Positions 1 through 10,200 of a stretch of DNA of 64,000 nt are shown here, piece after piece (positions within the stretch are counted from its first letter, which is position 1; each line of letters starts with the position of its first letter). The notes under the pieces are model-generated. The model was not told the DNA's origin. It saw only the letters and a program-made list of their open reading frames with translations, and did no database searches. Both the position numbers and the translations under genes were made by a program. The stretch covers positions 268,997-332,996 of the forward strand of contig JAXLUO010000002.1 in assembly GCA_046329495.1 (NCBI GenBank), read 5' to 3'. The DNA comes from Chitinophagales bacterium. Lineage in GTDB: Bacteria; Bacteroidota; Bacteroidia; Chitinophagales; LD1.

Positions 1-363
1 GAAATAAAACGTAAGCAAGCCGAAGCAGAACAGCGGAAAGCAGAGCAGGCGAAACCTAAACCGGCCTACCAAAAGCAACCTGTAAGCAAACCACAACCTA
101 AGCCGCAACGCGAGTTGCTGGTGCACGAAAAGAAAAAAGCCAGTGCAAGCGCCGGCGAAAACGCCTACGAAACTGTTTTTGAGCGCGACCTGACGGACGA
201 AGAAAAAATAGAGCGCGGCAATATTAAACTCGCCAACGAAGGTATCTATCGTATTGAAACGATGGAAGAAGCCGAAGCCCGCTCCATTGCTGAAGAAAAA
301 GCCATGCAAATAAATATGCGGGATGCGGTGATAGGCTCGCTGATACTGGACAGAAAATTTTAA
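1..363 (+). CDS. hypothetical protein, 3-prime end (start lies upstream of window)
   Basis: Frame 1 is open from base 1 (EIKRKQAEAEQRKAEQAKPK...) and runs in frame into the listed 115..363 ORF, ending at TAA 361-363. It has a Lys/Glu/Gln/Pro-rich low-complexity part followed by a short tail. No family recognised. Confidence 0.45.
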   Translation, partial: EIKRKQAEAEQRKAEQAKPKPAYQKQPVSKPQPKPQRELLVHEKKKASASAGENAYETVFERDLTDEEKIERGNIKLANEGIYRIETMEEAEARSIAEEKAMQINMRDAVIGSLILDRKF

Positions 364-367
364 CCCC

Positions 368-754
368 GTGCGTTTAGTTATCGCCCTCGCCCTGTTACTT
401 GGTTTGCTTAGCTGCAAGCTACAGGCACAAACAGCCGATACCACTATTTATACTATCGTAGAAAAAATGCCGGAATACGATGGCGGGCAGGTGGCCTTGT
501 TGCAAAACCTGGCCATGAATCTGGGTATTAATTGTCCGCAAAATTCGGAGGTTACAGGAAAACTAAAGTTCAGGTTTATCGTAAACACGGATGGTTCGGC
601 AACGGACCTGCAAATTGAAACAACGCCCTGCGATGGCATGGTGAGCAATTTGGAACAGATTATTAAGCGTTGGAAATTTACACCCGGCGAACAAAATGGG
701 CAGAAAGTGCGGGTTTATTACCCCGTGCAATACGCCTGCATAAAGTTGAATTAA
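368..754 (+). CDS. TonB C-terminal-domain-like lipoprotein
   Basis: GTG start lies 4 nt after the previous stop. Signal peptide has a lipobox-like LLSC. The remainder resembles the TonB_C fold pattern (VEKMPEYDGG..., KLKFRFIVNTDGSATDLQI, WKFTPGEQNGQKVRV). Confidence 0.6.
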   Translation: MRLVIALALLLGLLSCKLQAQTADTTIYTIVEKMPEYDGGQVALLQNLAMNLGINCPQNSEVTGKLKFRFIVNTDGSATDLQIETTPCDGMVSNLEQIIKRWKFTPGEQNGQKVRVYYPVQYACIKLN

Positions 755-758
755 AACG

Positions 759-1781
759 ATGTCGGTAGTTAGTTATGGATTAACAAAGATGGCAGAGGAA
801 TACACCTCGTGCTATGTGCTGGTAGATGAAAATACCCGTAAGCATTGTTATCCGCTTTTAAAACCTTTTTTACCCGCCCATAAAGTAATTACCTGGAAAG
901 CAGGTGAAGAGCATAAGACGTTAAAGGCCTGTATCCACATCTGGAACAAGTTAACCGATACAGATGCCGACAGAAAAGCGGTACTTATAAACCTTGGAGG
1001 CGGCGCTATAAGCGACATAGGTGGTTTTGCTGCTGCTACATATAAGCGTGGCATAGCGTTTATCAATATTCCAACTACACTACTGGCTATGGTTGATGCA
1101 GCCATAGGCGGTAAAACGGGAATAGACTTTAAAGATTTTAAAAACCAGGTAGGTGCTTTTGCTGAACCTGCGAAGGTTTATATACATGTAGATTTTTTAA
1201 AAACCTTGCCTAAACGCGAACTGCGTGCAGGGTTTGCCGAAGTAATAAAACATTACCTGATAGCAGAGAAACAGGATTTTGAATCGCTGTTTACCAACCA
1301 ACCGGAGTTAGAGGCAATGGATTGGCAGGAAGTGGTAAAAAGCAATATCCGCATAAAGCAATTAATAGTTGAGTCGGACTTTAAAGAGCAGCATGCCCGA
1401 AAAGGACTGAACTACGGGCATACCATTGGGCATGCGGTTGAAAGTTTGTATCTGGCTAAGGAAAAGCAAAAGCTTTTGCATGGCGAGGCAGTAGCAGTTG
1501 GGTTATTTACCGAAAGCTTTATTTCGGTGAAGAAAGGTTCGCTTAAACCGGCAGACCTTGAAAGGATAATTACCGTACTGAAGCGCTATTTTAAATTTAA
1601 ACCTATTAAGGAGTCGGACTTTGGAAAGCTGTTGAAACTGGTTGGGCAGGACAAAAAGAACGTAGCCAACTTTAACCAGTTTACCCTGCTTAAAGGGATT
1701 GGTAATTTTACCATTAACAACTATGTGCAGCAAGAGCTTATATTGGAAGCACTAACCCATTACAACCAGGCCCTGAAATGA
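759..1781 (+). CDS. aroB: 3-dehydroquinate synthase
   Basis: 340 aa. Carries the GGGAISDIGGFAAATYKRG nucleotide-binding motif, TTLLAMVDAAIGGKTGIDF, and metal-binding HGHTIGHAVE / HGEAVAVG. Confidence 0.9.
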   Translation: MSVVSYGLTKMAEEYTSCYVLVDENTRKHCYPLLKPFLPAHKVITWKAGEEHKTLKACIHIWNKLTDTDADRKAVLINLGGGAISDIGGFAAATYKRGIAFINIPTTLLAMVDAAIGGKTGIDFKDFKNQVGAFAEPAKVYIHVDFLKTLPKRELRAGFAEVIKHYLIAEKQDFESLFTNQPELEAMDWQEVVKSNIRIKQLIVESDFKEQHARKGLNYGHTIGHAVESLYLAKEKQKLLHGEAVAVGLFTESFISVKKGSLKPADLERIITVLKRYFKFKPIKESDFGKLLKLVGQDKKNVANFNQFTLLKGIGNFTINNYVQQELILEALTHYNQALK

Positions 1782-3007
1782 GCAGCATTAAAGTATGGCA
1801 CCCTACCGGCAAACTGAAAGCCGCGATAGATATACCCGGCAGCAAAAGCGAAAGCAACCGGGCATTAATTCTGCGTGCACTCAGCAAGGGTCATATAGAA
1901 ATCAGCAACCTTTCTCCTGCCCGCGATACACAGAACCTGCTGGCGATTTTAAATACGGATGGCGTAGAAGCCAATATTGAAGATGCCGGTACCAGCATGC
2001 GTTTTTTGCCGGCGTTTTACTGTGCTACAGGTCAGCACAAAATAATTACGGGCAACGAACGCATGTTGAAGCGCCCTATACACCCATTGGTGAATGCACT
2101 TATCGATATTGGTTTTGATGTGCATTATTTGGGTGAAGAAGGTTTTCCGCCGTTGGAAACACACCCCGTTAATTTGAGCAAACTGGATAATGAAGTTTGG
2201 ATAGAAGGAAATATCAGCAGTCAGTTTATTACTGCATTACTGCTTATTGCCCCCACCCTGCCTAATGGTTTGCGCCTGAAGTTTACTACGGAGTTAACAT
2301 CGCGGCCTTATATAGAGATGACATTGCAAATGCTGCAACATTTCGGAATTCAATACAGTTGGGCAGACCAAACTATTGAAGTGATGCCCGGTGCATTGAA
2401 CAATAAAAGTTATGCCGTTGGTGGCGACTGGAGTGCTGCCAGCTATTGGTATGCCATGGCTTTTTTGGCAGAAGAAGCAGAACTGTTATTAAAAGGTTTA
2501 CGTGATGACTGGAGCCAGGGCGACCGGGAGATAGCCGATTGGATGAAAAGGTTTGGTGTGGTAACCGAGTTTACTGCGGATGGTGTCTTACTGAAAAAAC
2601 AGGCAGTGAATTATCCGAAGATGATGAAGCTGAATTTTAGGGACAATCCGGATTTGGCGCAGACGTTTGCTTTTATGTTTGCAGCTAAGAACATTTATGC
2701 CACGTTTTCGGGTATTGATAGTTTGCGTATTAAGGAAACAGACCGCATAGCAGCCTTGCACAATGAACTATTAAAGGTGAATGTGCACTTTGACTATGCC
2801 GATATGTACGAATTTTACCAACTAAAGGGAGAATTCAATTTGCCGGCCCAAGCATTTGCTACGTATAACGACCACCGCATGGCTATGGCAGCTGCGCCGC
2901 TTGCCTTAGCAGGAGCAATAGAAATTGAAGATCCGGCTGTTGTAGCAAAGTCGTACCCCGGCTTTTGGGAGGAGATGCAGAAAGCAGGTTTTGAGATTAA
3001 AACTTAA
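1778..3007 (+). CDS. aroA: 3-phosphoshikimate 1-carboxyvinyltransferase (EPSP synthase)
   Basis: 409 aa. N-terminal IPGSKSESNRALILRAL, GTSMRFL, LKETDRI and DHRMAMA motifs. ATGA start/stop overlap with aroB suggests translational coupling. Confidence 0.92.
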   Translation: MSSIKVWHPTGKLKAAIDIPGSKSESNRALILRALSKGHIEISNLSPARDTQNLLAILNTDGVEANIEDAGTSMRFLPAFYCATGQHKIITGNERMLKRPIHPLVNALIDIGFDVHYLGEEGFPPLETHPVNLSKLDNEVWIEGNISSQFITALLLIAPTLPNGLRLKFTTELTSRPYIEMTLQMLQHFGIQYSWADQTIEVMPGALNNKSYAVGGDWSAASYWYAMAFLAEEAELLLKGLRDDWSQGDREIADWMKRFGVVTEFTADGVLLKKQAVNYPKMMKLNFRDNPDLAQTFAFMFAAKNIYATFSGIDSLRIKETDRIAALHNELLKVNVHFDYADMYEFYQLKGEFNLPAQAFATYNDHRMAMAAAPLALAGAIEIEDPAVVAKSYPGFWEEMQKAGFEIKT

Positions 3008-3917
3008 GTAGCGTTAGCACATCCAGGCCGCGCAATAAAGTGTTGAGGTCGGCATCGGCACGGGCGAAACCAAGGATGAAACCGCCACCACCGGCACCGC
3101 AAATTTTAAGATGATATTGATTGCTGCTTAAGCCTTCTTTCCAGGCAGTTGCAAATTTTGCAGGAATAAACTCGGGCAGTAAATCAAATTGCACTTGTGA
3201 TATTAGCTTTACGCTTTTCATTAAATCGGCATAGCGCAATTCCATAAAGGCTTCGATGGCCATGTTGGTGGCGGGCGCCAGGCTTTTTTCAACTGTTTGC
3301 TGAAAGGCCTTCTCGCGATACTTATCTAAAAACAGATTGACGTAGGTAGACGTTTTGCGCGTTACATGCGTATCGATGGCAAACAATTGCAAGGTTTGCT
3401 GTTTACCTACAGGCATATTAAACGCTTCGGTTACTTCGCCGTTGTTCAACAGCACAGCTTTATTTAAATACGAAACGATGGCATCGAGGCCGGAGCTCTT
3501 GCCATGGTAATGGCCTTCTAACTCGGCCAATTGGCTTTTGATAGTAGTTACAGGAGTTGTTTTCTTTTTAAAATTCCGATACTCATGATAAACTGCAGCC
3601 ACCAGTGCACCACTGCTACCTAAACCGTAACCCATGGGAATGTTGGAGTCGAAGTAAAGACCCTGCTCCACATCCTCCAGCATTTTGTTGGTATCGTATT
3701 GGCCCGTTAAGGATTCATTATGTACGATGAAATGCGCTAACTGATTGAGTGATGTATTAGACTCGCGGATGGCGGGTTCGCGCAGGCTGCCGAAACGCAT
3801 AACACCGTTATAACGTTCCAGGGGCATAGCTAAACCCATAGCACCTTTGTTGATGATGTGCTCACCAAACAACAGCAGCTTACCGTTAAACATTTTATGC
3901 GAGACCTTGCCGGCCAT
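2997..3917 (-). CDS. mevalonate kinase (GHMP kinase family)
   Basis: GKLLLFGEHIINKG N-terminal motif and the GHMP ATP motif PMGYGLGSSGALVAAV. Start lies 1 nt after the stop of the upstream decarboxylase gene. Its 3-prime end overlaps convergent aroA by 11 nt. Confidence 0.75.
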   Translation of the reverse strand: MAGKVSHKMFNGKLLLFGEHIINKGAMGLAMPLERYNGVMRFGSLREPAIRESNTSLNQLAHFIVHNESLTGQYDTNKMLEDVEQGLYFDSNIPMGYGLGSSGALVAAVYHEYRNFKKKTTPVTTIKSQLAELEGHYHGKSSGLDAIVSYLNKAVLLNNGEVTEAFNMPVGKQQTLQLFAIDTHVTRKTSTYVNLFLDKYREKAFQQTVEKSLAPATNMAIEAFMELRYADLMKSVKLISQVQFDLLPEFIPAKFATAWKEGLSSNQYHLKICGAGGGGFILGFARADADLNTLLRGLDVLTLLKF

Positions 3918-3918
3918 A

Positions 3919-4971
3919 CTACCCCTTAATGCGTTTAGGGCCTTTGCCTACGTTATCGTGTATCATTTTGCCCTGCTCGCAGTGCTGCTCTAATTCGGCA
4001 TAGATAAAGGCATCAACCTTTTTAGCAATAGCTTTAGGATACAACAAGTGAATATTAGGGCCGGCATCAAGTGTAAAGTAAACAGGCAGCTTACTAACCT
4101 CGCGGAAGTAGCGGATCTTTTCGATCATGGCCAGTGTAGAAGGCGCCATTAATACAAATGAAGGTGTAGAAGCCATCATTAAAGCATGTAAGGTCATTGC
4201 TTCTTCTTCTACTATCGCTCCGAATTTTTCGAGGTCACCGGTTTTTAAGGCACCGGTAATTTCTTTCAAATTCTTTTCGGCCTGCGCATAGCGGGTTCTG
4301 GCAAAGGGGTTGGTCTTCATTAAAGAGTGACCTACGCGGCTGCTCACCTTTTTCTCGGCGCTGCTGGCGATAAGAATGGTATTCTGAAAATTATGGTAAA
4401 CCTTGTTCAGGTTTTTTTCGAATGGGATAGCGCGCTCATCGGTTGAACCTTTTACGGTGTTGGTTTTGCCCCACTCGGCTATGTAAGGATATACCGAACG
4501 GCAAGCACTACCGGAACCAAGGCGGGCATAATAAGAAGCCTGCTGTAAAAACTTCTCGGGGCTCAGTTTCTTTTTGCTCAATTGTTGCTGCCAATCGCAC
4601 AACACCAGGGCCAGGGCACTCATGCTGGAAGCAGAGGAAGCAATACCGGAAGAATGCGGAAAGGAGTTGGTGGAGTGAATCAACAAGCTGTGCTGGGTTA
4701 ATAAAGGGAAGTCCTTAATAACAGATTCGAAAAACTTAAGCATGCGCAGGCGGAAGGCAATGTTTTCCTTACCATCGAAGTAAAAGCGCAGTTCAATATC
4801 TTTCGACTTACCTTCTTTAGGTAACAAGGTTACGCTGGTTTCGCTGTAGCACTGTTCCAGGGTAAAACTGATAGAAGGGTTAGCGGGTATTTGCACACCT
4901 GCCTTTTTACCCCAATACTTAACCAATGCTATGTTTGATGGACTACGCCATGTTATTTTCTTTTCGCTCAT
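3919..4971 (-). CDS. mvaD: diphosphomevalonate decarboxylase
   Basis: 350 aa. SPSNIALVKYWGKK and FPHSSGIASSASS (GHMP motif II), plus TLDAGPN near the C-terminus. These are typical of MVD. Confidence 0.88.
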   Translation of the reverse strand: MSEKKITWRSPSNIALVKYWGKKAGVQIPANPSISFTLEQCYSETSVTLLPKEGKSKDIELRFYFDGKENIAFRLRMLKFFESVIKDFPLLTQHSLLIHSTNSFPHSSGIASSASSMSALALVLCDWQQQLSKKKLSPEKFLQQASYYARLGSGSACRSVYPYIAEWGKTNTVKGSTDERAIPFEKNLNKVYHNFQNTILIASSAEKKVSSRVGHSLMKTNPFARTRYAQAEKNLKEITGALKTGDLEKFGAIVEEEAMTLHALMMASTPSFVLMAPSTLAMIEKIRYFREVSKLPVYFTLDAGPNIHLLYPKAIAKKVDAFIYAELEQHCEQGKMIHDNVGKGPKRIKG

Positions 4972-5064
4972 GTGCTACGTTTTATGCGAACAGGACATGC
5001 CCGTTCGGAATGCTAAAATATAATTCCTGCTCTGACTTCTGAAGTTTTAACCGAAGCGATGTTG

Positions 5065-6018
5065 CTAAGAAGGGAGTATTAATTCCTCCCAACTGAATAC
5101 GGTATCAATACCTTTCTGCTGCAGATAGGTACGAAGCTCTGCCACCTCACCGGTGTAGGTAAGCAATACAAAATCGCCGCCCCAGGCACCCAGGGATTTT
5201 ACGGTTCCTGAAAAATCGGCAAACAAGGTATCCTTTGCCTTCATCATCTTCAACTGACCACCAACAATAGTTTCGTGCTCATTCAACAATGCTTCGAAAG
5301 ATTGCAGCGTTTCGGCCTGTAACAGCAATTGGGTGATGCGCGTTAAATCGTTTACAACCTGGGTTTTATCTTTCAGGTTACTGCGGTAATAGCTGATGCC
5401 TTCGGTAGAAAGTTGCTTTTTACCGGTGTAGGCGAAGTAGATATTTTGATAGAAGGCCGGTTTCCAGTTGGCCTTAATTACTTCGGGCATGCCATTAATC
5501 AACTTATATAGTATTGGCGTATGAATGCCGGCACAGGCTACATCGTATCCTGATCCGCCTATGGTTTGTTGCAACAACTCGTAACCGTTTACACCCGCCC
5601 ATGTAGCCACACAATGAATTAAGGTTGAACTTGAGCCTAATCCCCATTGATTCGGGAATTCGAGCCGGGTTTCAATGGCCAGGTCGCGCTTATCGGTCAA
5701 AAAAGCAGGATTCAGCTTTCTGGCTTCGGTAAGAATTTTGGAGAGCCGGCCGGCTTCGGGACTTTTATCATTTATGCAACTAAAGTCGGCAGTATCGAAA
5801 ACAAGATTCAGCCATACTTTGCCCTGGTTATTAAGAGACACCCAATACAAGGTGCCTTCAGTAGAATGCAGTTCCTTAACCCGCAGGCGTTGACCCAACC
5901 TGGTTGGTACTGCCAAGGCCAGGGCACCATCCAGTACAAAGTATTCGCCGGTTATCAGCAATTTGCCATGACCGTAATATTCCTTTACCTCGCTCTGGGT
6001 GGTTATTCTAAGTTTCAT
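5065..6018 (-). CDS. GYDIA-family GHMP kinase (candidate phosphomevalonate kinase)
   Basis: GKLLITGEYFVLDGALALAVP N-terminus, GLGSSSTL ATP motif and the family signature GSGYDVACAG. Its position between the polyprenyl synthase and MVD genes supports the role. Confidence 0.7.
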   Translation of the reverse strand: MKLRITTQSEVKEYYGHGKLLITGEYFVLDGALALAVPTRLGQRLRVKELHSTEGTLYWVSLNNQGKVWLNLVFDTADFSCINDKSPEAGRLSKILTEARKLNPAFLTDKRDLAIETRLEFPNQWGLGSSSTLIHCVATWAGVNGYELLQQTIGGSGYDVACAGIHTPILYKLINGMPEVIKANWKPAFYQNIYFAYTGKKQLSTEGISYYRSNLKDKTQVVNDLTRITQLLLQAETLQSFEALLNEHETIVGGQLKMMKAKDTLFADFSGTVKSLGAWGGDFVLLTYTGEVAELRTYLQQKGIDTVFSWEELILPS

Positions 6019-6032
6019 TCTTCTTCAGCTAA

Positions 6033-7025
6033 TCAATAATCGCGCGTGTTGATCTTTTCGGCCATCAGGCGAAGGACCTTTTTACGGCTTTCGTCTACTT
6101 TAATCTCTTCCAACGATTTCAGGGAGAGGTTGTATAACTCCTCTGCTTTAGCTTCGGTTGCAGCTTTTGCGCCGGTTTCTACCGTCAGGGCTTTAACGCC
6201 GTTTACTTTAATGGTTTCGTCTTTTTCGGTAGCCAGTGCTTTTAGTTTCGCTGCCTGGGCTTCACTGCAGCGATTGAGTGTACTTATATATAAGTAGGTC
6301 TTTTTGTTCTGCAGAATATCGCCGCCAATCTTCTTACCTACCTTCTCCCCTTCTCCAAAGGCATCCAGCAGGTCGTCTTTTATTTGAAAACTGAGGCCTA
6401 AATTGAGGCCAAACTGATAAACTGCAGTTTGGTCGGCCTCGCTTGCATTGCCTAAAATGGCGCCCAATTGCACGCAACAGGCCAATAAAACCGAGGTTTT
6501 ATACTCAATCATCTTCAAATACTCATCCAGTGCCACATCGGTGCGGGTTTCAAAATCCACATCCATTTGCTGCCCTTCAAAGATCTCAATGGCTGTTTTA
6601 TTAAAGATACCCATCATGGCCGGTACATGGTGTAATGGCACTGAGGTAAGGTATTTGTAGGCATAGGCCAGCATAACATCGCCGGCGAGGATAGCAGCAT
6701 TTGTGCCAAACTTTTTGTGCACGGTAGGTTCGCCGCGACGGATATCGGCCTGGTCCATAATGTCGTCGTGCACTAAGGTGAAGTTATGGAACACCTCCAT
6801 GGCAAAGGCGGGGTTCAAACCTTCTTCTACATTACCGCCAAACATATCCAGGCTTAACAGCAGTAATAAAGGGCGGATTTTTTTACCCTGCATGCCCATA
6901 ATATGCTCTACAGGCTTATATAAATTGGTTGGGCTTGTATTGAAATTATTTTGGCTGAAAGCCTTTTCATATAAAGCCAGAAGCTCGTCGGGTGCGTACA
7001 TATTGCTGTTTAAAACAAGGAACAA
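6033..7025 (-). CDS. polyprenyl diphosphate synthase (trans-isoprenyl diphosphate synthase family)
   Basis: First Asp-rich motif is LVHDDIMDQADIRRG and the second is KDDLLD. Length is 330 aa. Product chain length cannot be read from the sequence. Confidence 0.88.
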   Translation of the reverse strand: MFLVLNSNMYAPDELLALYEKAFSQNNFNTSPTNLYKPVEHIMGMQGKKIRPLLLLLSLDMFGGNVEEGLNPAFAMEVFHNFTLVHDDIMDQADIRRGEPTVHKKFGTNAAILAGDVMLAYAYKYLTSVPLHHVPAMMGIFNKTAIEIFEGQQMDVDFETRTDVALDEYLKMIEYKTSVLLACCVQLGAILGNASEADQTAVYQFGLNLGLSFQIKDDLLDAFGEGEKVGKKIGGDILQNKKTYLYISTLNRCSEAQAAKLKALATEKDETIKVNGVKALTVETGAKAATEAKAEELYNLSLKSLEEIKVDESRKKVLRLMAEKINTRDY

Positions 7026-7220
7026 CTTGTAAAGTTCCTGCTGCGCAATGATAGAGATTTAGGCCCGGATTACGGAAACGGACCTGCCTTTTGTCCAGAA
7101 TTGTGGCCGTTGTCCTGCAAAATTTACGCCTGCACTATAACCTTTTTCATGTATGGCCGTATTAACAATTGGTTGAACGAGAGAAGGAACTCGTTTAGCC
7201 GGATAAAAACGGAACCCGAC

Positions 7221-10200
7221 ATGAGAAGAAAGTTACGTGCTTTAGCGCTTACGCTGGCCCTGATAGGGGCCTTCGCCACTACCCGGGCGGTATCGCTTAC
7301 CGAGACGCACACCAATGCAACCTGCTATGCAGGAACTACCGGAAGCATTAATGTTACTGTAAACGGTGGAACCGCCCCCTTCAGCTTTGCCTGGAGTGAC
7401 GGCCCTACCACCGAGGACCGCACCAATTTAGGAGCAGGAACCTATGGGGTTACAGTAACCGATTTTGGCGGCGCAACGGCCGCTTTATCTGTTTCCATTA
7501 CCCAGGGAGCATCGATCAATACCTCGTTTGCCATTACCCACGTAAGCTGTGGCGGTGGCAACACCGGTGCAGTTGATTTAAGTGTTACCGGCGGTGTTGC
7601 CGGTTATACCTATTTGTGGGGCGATGGCACTACTTCTCAGGATCGCACCAATCTTATTGCCGCTTTATACTATGTTACCGTAACCGATGCTATCGGTTGC
7701 CAGAAAATAGATTCAGCAAACGTTACCCAACCAGCCGGAATGGTGTTAACCAAAACCACTACCAACGTAACCTGTGGTAGCGGCAGCAACGGTGCTATAA
7801 ACTTAACAGTACAGTTTGGCACTCCGGGCTACACTTACCACTGGAACGATAATGCCACTACTGAAGACCGCACCGGCATTGCAGCAGGCACATGGAACGT
7901 AACCGTAACGGATGCCACCGGCTGCACTGCCAGCACAAGTGCTACCGTTAACCAATCGGGTAGCGGTATGAGCATTAACAAAACCCTAACCAACCCAACC
8001 TGTAACGGTGCTGCTAACGGAAGCATTAATGTAACCACTGTTATTGGTAGTGTTGGCCCTTATACTTTTAACTGGAGCAACGGAGCTACCACGCAAAATG
8101 CCACCGGACTAAGTGCAGGCACCTATACTGTCACCGCCACTTCAACTACCGGTTGTACAGCTTCTGCTACTGCCACATTAACACAACCAACTGCTATATC
8201 AGTAAACTTAAACGTAATATCAGTAACCTGTTATAACGGCAGCAATGGTGCCATAAACACCACTACTACCGGCGGCACATCGCCTTACAGCTATAACTGG
8301 GGCAGCGGTGTTGTAACACAAAACCGCACCGGTTTATCGGCCGGCAATTACAACGTAACTGTTACCGATTTTAAAGGCTGCACAGCCACTGCAACCGCTT
8401 ATGTACCACAACCGCTTGATCTGGTTGCTACGGCAGTGCCTTCGCAACTGGCCTGCACCGGTGGTCCTTCGGGTTCAGTGTTTACAGCAGTTAACGGCGG
8501 AAACGGACCATACACCTATAACTGGGGTGGTGGTGTTGTAACCCAGGACCGTGTAAATATTCCTTCAGGCAACTACTCGGTTACTGTAACCGATGCAAAC
8601 GGTTGCACAGCTGTTGCTGCTGCCACTATTACCGCTTATACGCCAATGACCTTGAACAGCACGCAGGTAAACAACCTGTGTTTTGGCGGTTCAACCGGTT
8701 CGGTTGATTTAACACCAACTAATGGCTGGACACCTTATAGCTATGCCTGGAGCAACGGCCCAACTACCCAGGACGTTAATACGCTGGCCTCTGGCAACTA
8801 TACCGTAACTGTAACCGATAACCATAATTGCACAGTTACGAAAACTGTAACCATAACACAACCTGCCTTTGGCGTAACCATTAACGCTACTGTTACCGAC
8901 GTAAATTGCTTTAACGGAACAGATGGGGCCATTTCTTTAAGTGTTACCAACGGTGCAACACCCTACACCTATAACTGGGGTGGTGGTATTACATCGCAAA
9001 ACAGAACTAACCTTGCTGCCGGTGCCTACAATGTTACCGTAACCGATAACAACGGCTGCACTGCAAACAGCAGTTATACTATTACTGCTCCATTAGCTAT
9101 TAGCCTTAACACTACTGCTACCAATATTAGCTGTAACGGAGGAAATACTGGTGCTATCAGCTTAACCGTTTCGGGTGGTTATGCTCCGTATACTTATAAC
9201 TGGGGTGGTGGTATTACTACACAAAACCGCAGCAACCTGGTTGCCGGCACTTACAGCGTAACAGTAACCGATACCCGCTCTTGCTCTGCAAGTACTTCGG
9301 TTACCGTAACTCAAATGCCTGCTGTTAGCGTAACCGTAACGCCTTCAAACGTTGCCTGCAATGGTGGAACTAGCGGCGGTATAACTACCAACGTTAGCGG
9401 CGGCACCAGCCCTTACAGCTTTAACTGGGGTGGCGGTGTAACCACTCAAAACAGAACAAATCTTTCTGCAGGATCGTACACCGTTAGTGTAAGCGATAAC
9501 CTTGGCTGCACTGCATCGGGCAATGCAACAATTACTGAGCCAGCAGCTATCAGTGCTTCGAGCACAGTTACCAACGTAGCCTGTGCCGGCGGTAATACCG
9601 GTGCTATAAACCTGAGCGTTAGCGGAGGCACTTCGCCATACAGCTTTAACTGGGGCGGTGGTGTAACTACACAAAACCCTACTAACCTGGCTACCGGTTC
9701 CTATACCGTAACCATTACCGATAACAGCAGTTGCACTTTAACGCATACAGCTACCATTTCTCAGGCAACTACCTTAACCGTTTCTACTACCAATACCAAT
9801 GTTAGCTGCAACGGCGGTAACAATGGTGCCATCAGCGTAACTGCTACCGGCGGCACATCGCCTTACACTTACGCCTGGAACGTTGGCGGCAATACAAACA
9901 GCAAATCGGGTTTAACTGCCGGCAACTATATTGTAACTGTAACGGATAATGTAGGTTGCAGCATTGCCAGCAATCAAACTATTACCGAACCTGCTGCTAT
10001 TGCAGTAACACCTACCGTAACTAACGTAGCCTGCGCAGGTGGCAACACCGGCGCCATCAGCCTGGGTGTTACCGGTGGTACTTCGCCTTACACCTTTAAC
10101 TGGGGTGGTGGTGTTACCACACAGAACCGCACCAACCTGGTAGCTGCCACTTATAACGTTACTGTAACCGATAACGCCTTGTGTTCAGCAAGCAGCAGCG

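Noticed and set aside
4987-5007. Imperfect hairpin cgaacagg-acatg-cccgttcg between the GYDIA kinase and decarboxylase genes.
   Set aside because: There is no U-tract on the transcribed (minus) strand and the stem has a mismatch. This is not enough evidence for an internal terminator or attenuator.
7101-7220. Upstream TTG extension of the first giant ORF (MWPLSCKIYACTITFFMYG...).
   Set aside because: The ATG at 7221 gives a canonical signal peptide. The extension has no secretory or other features and would bury the signal peptide.
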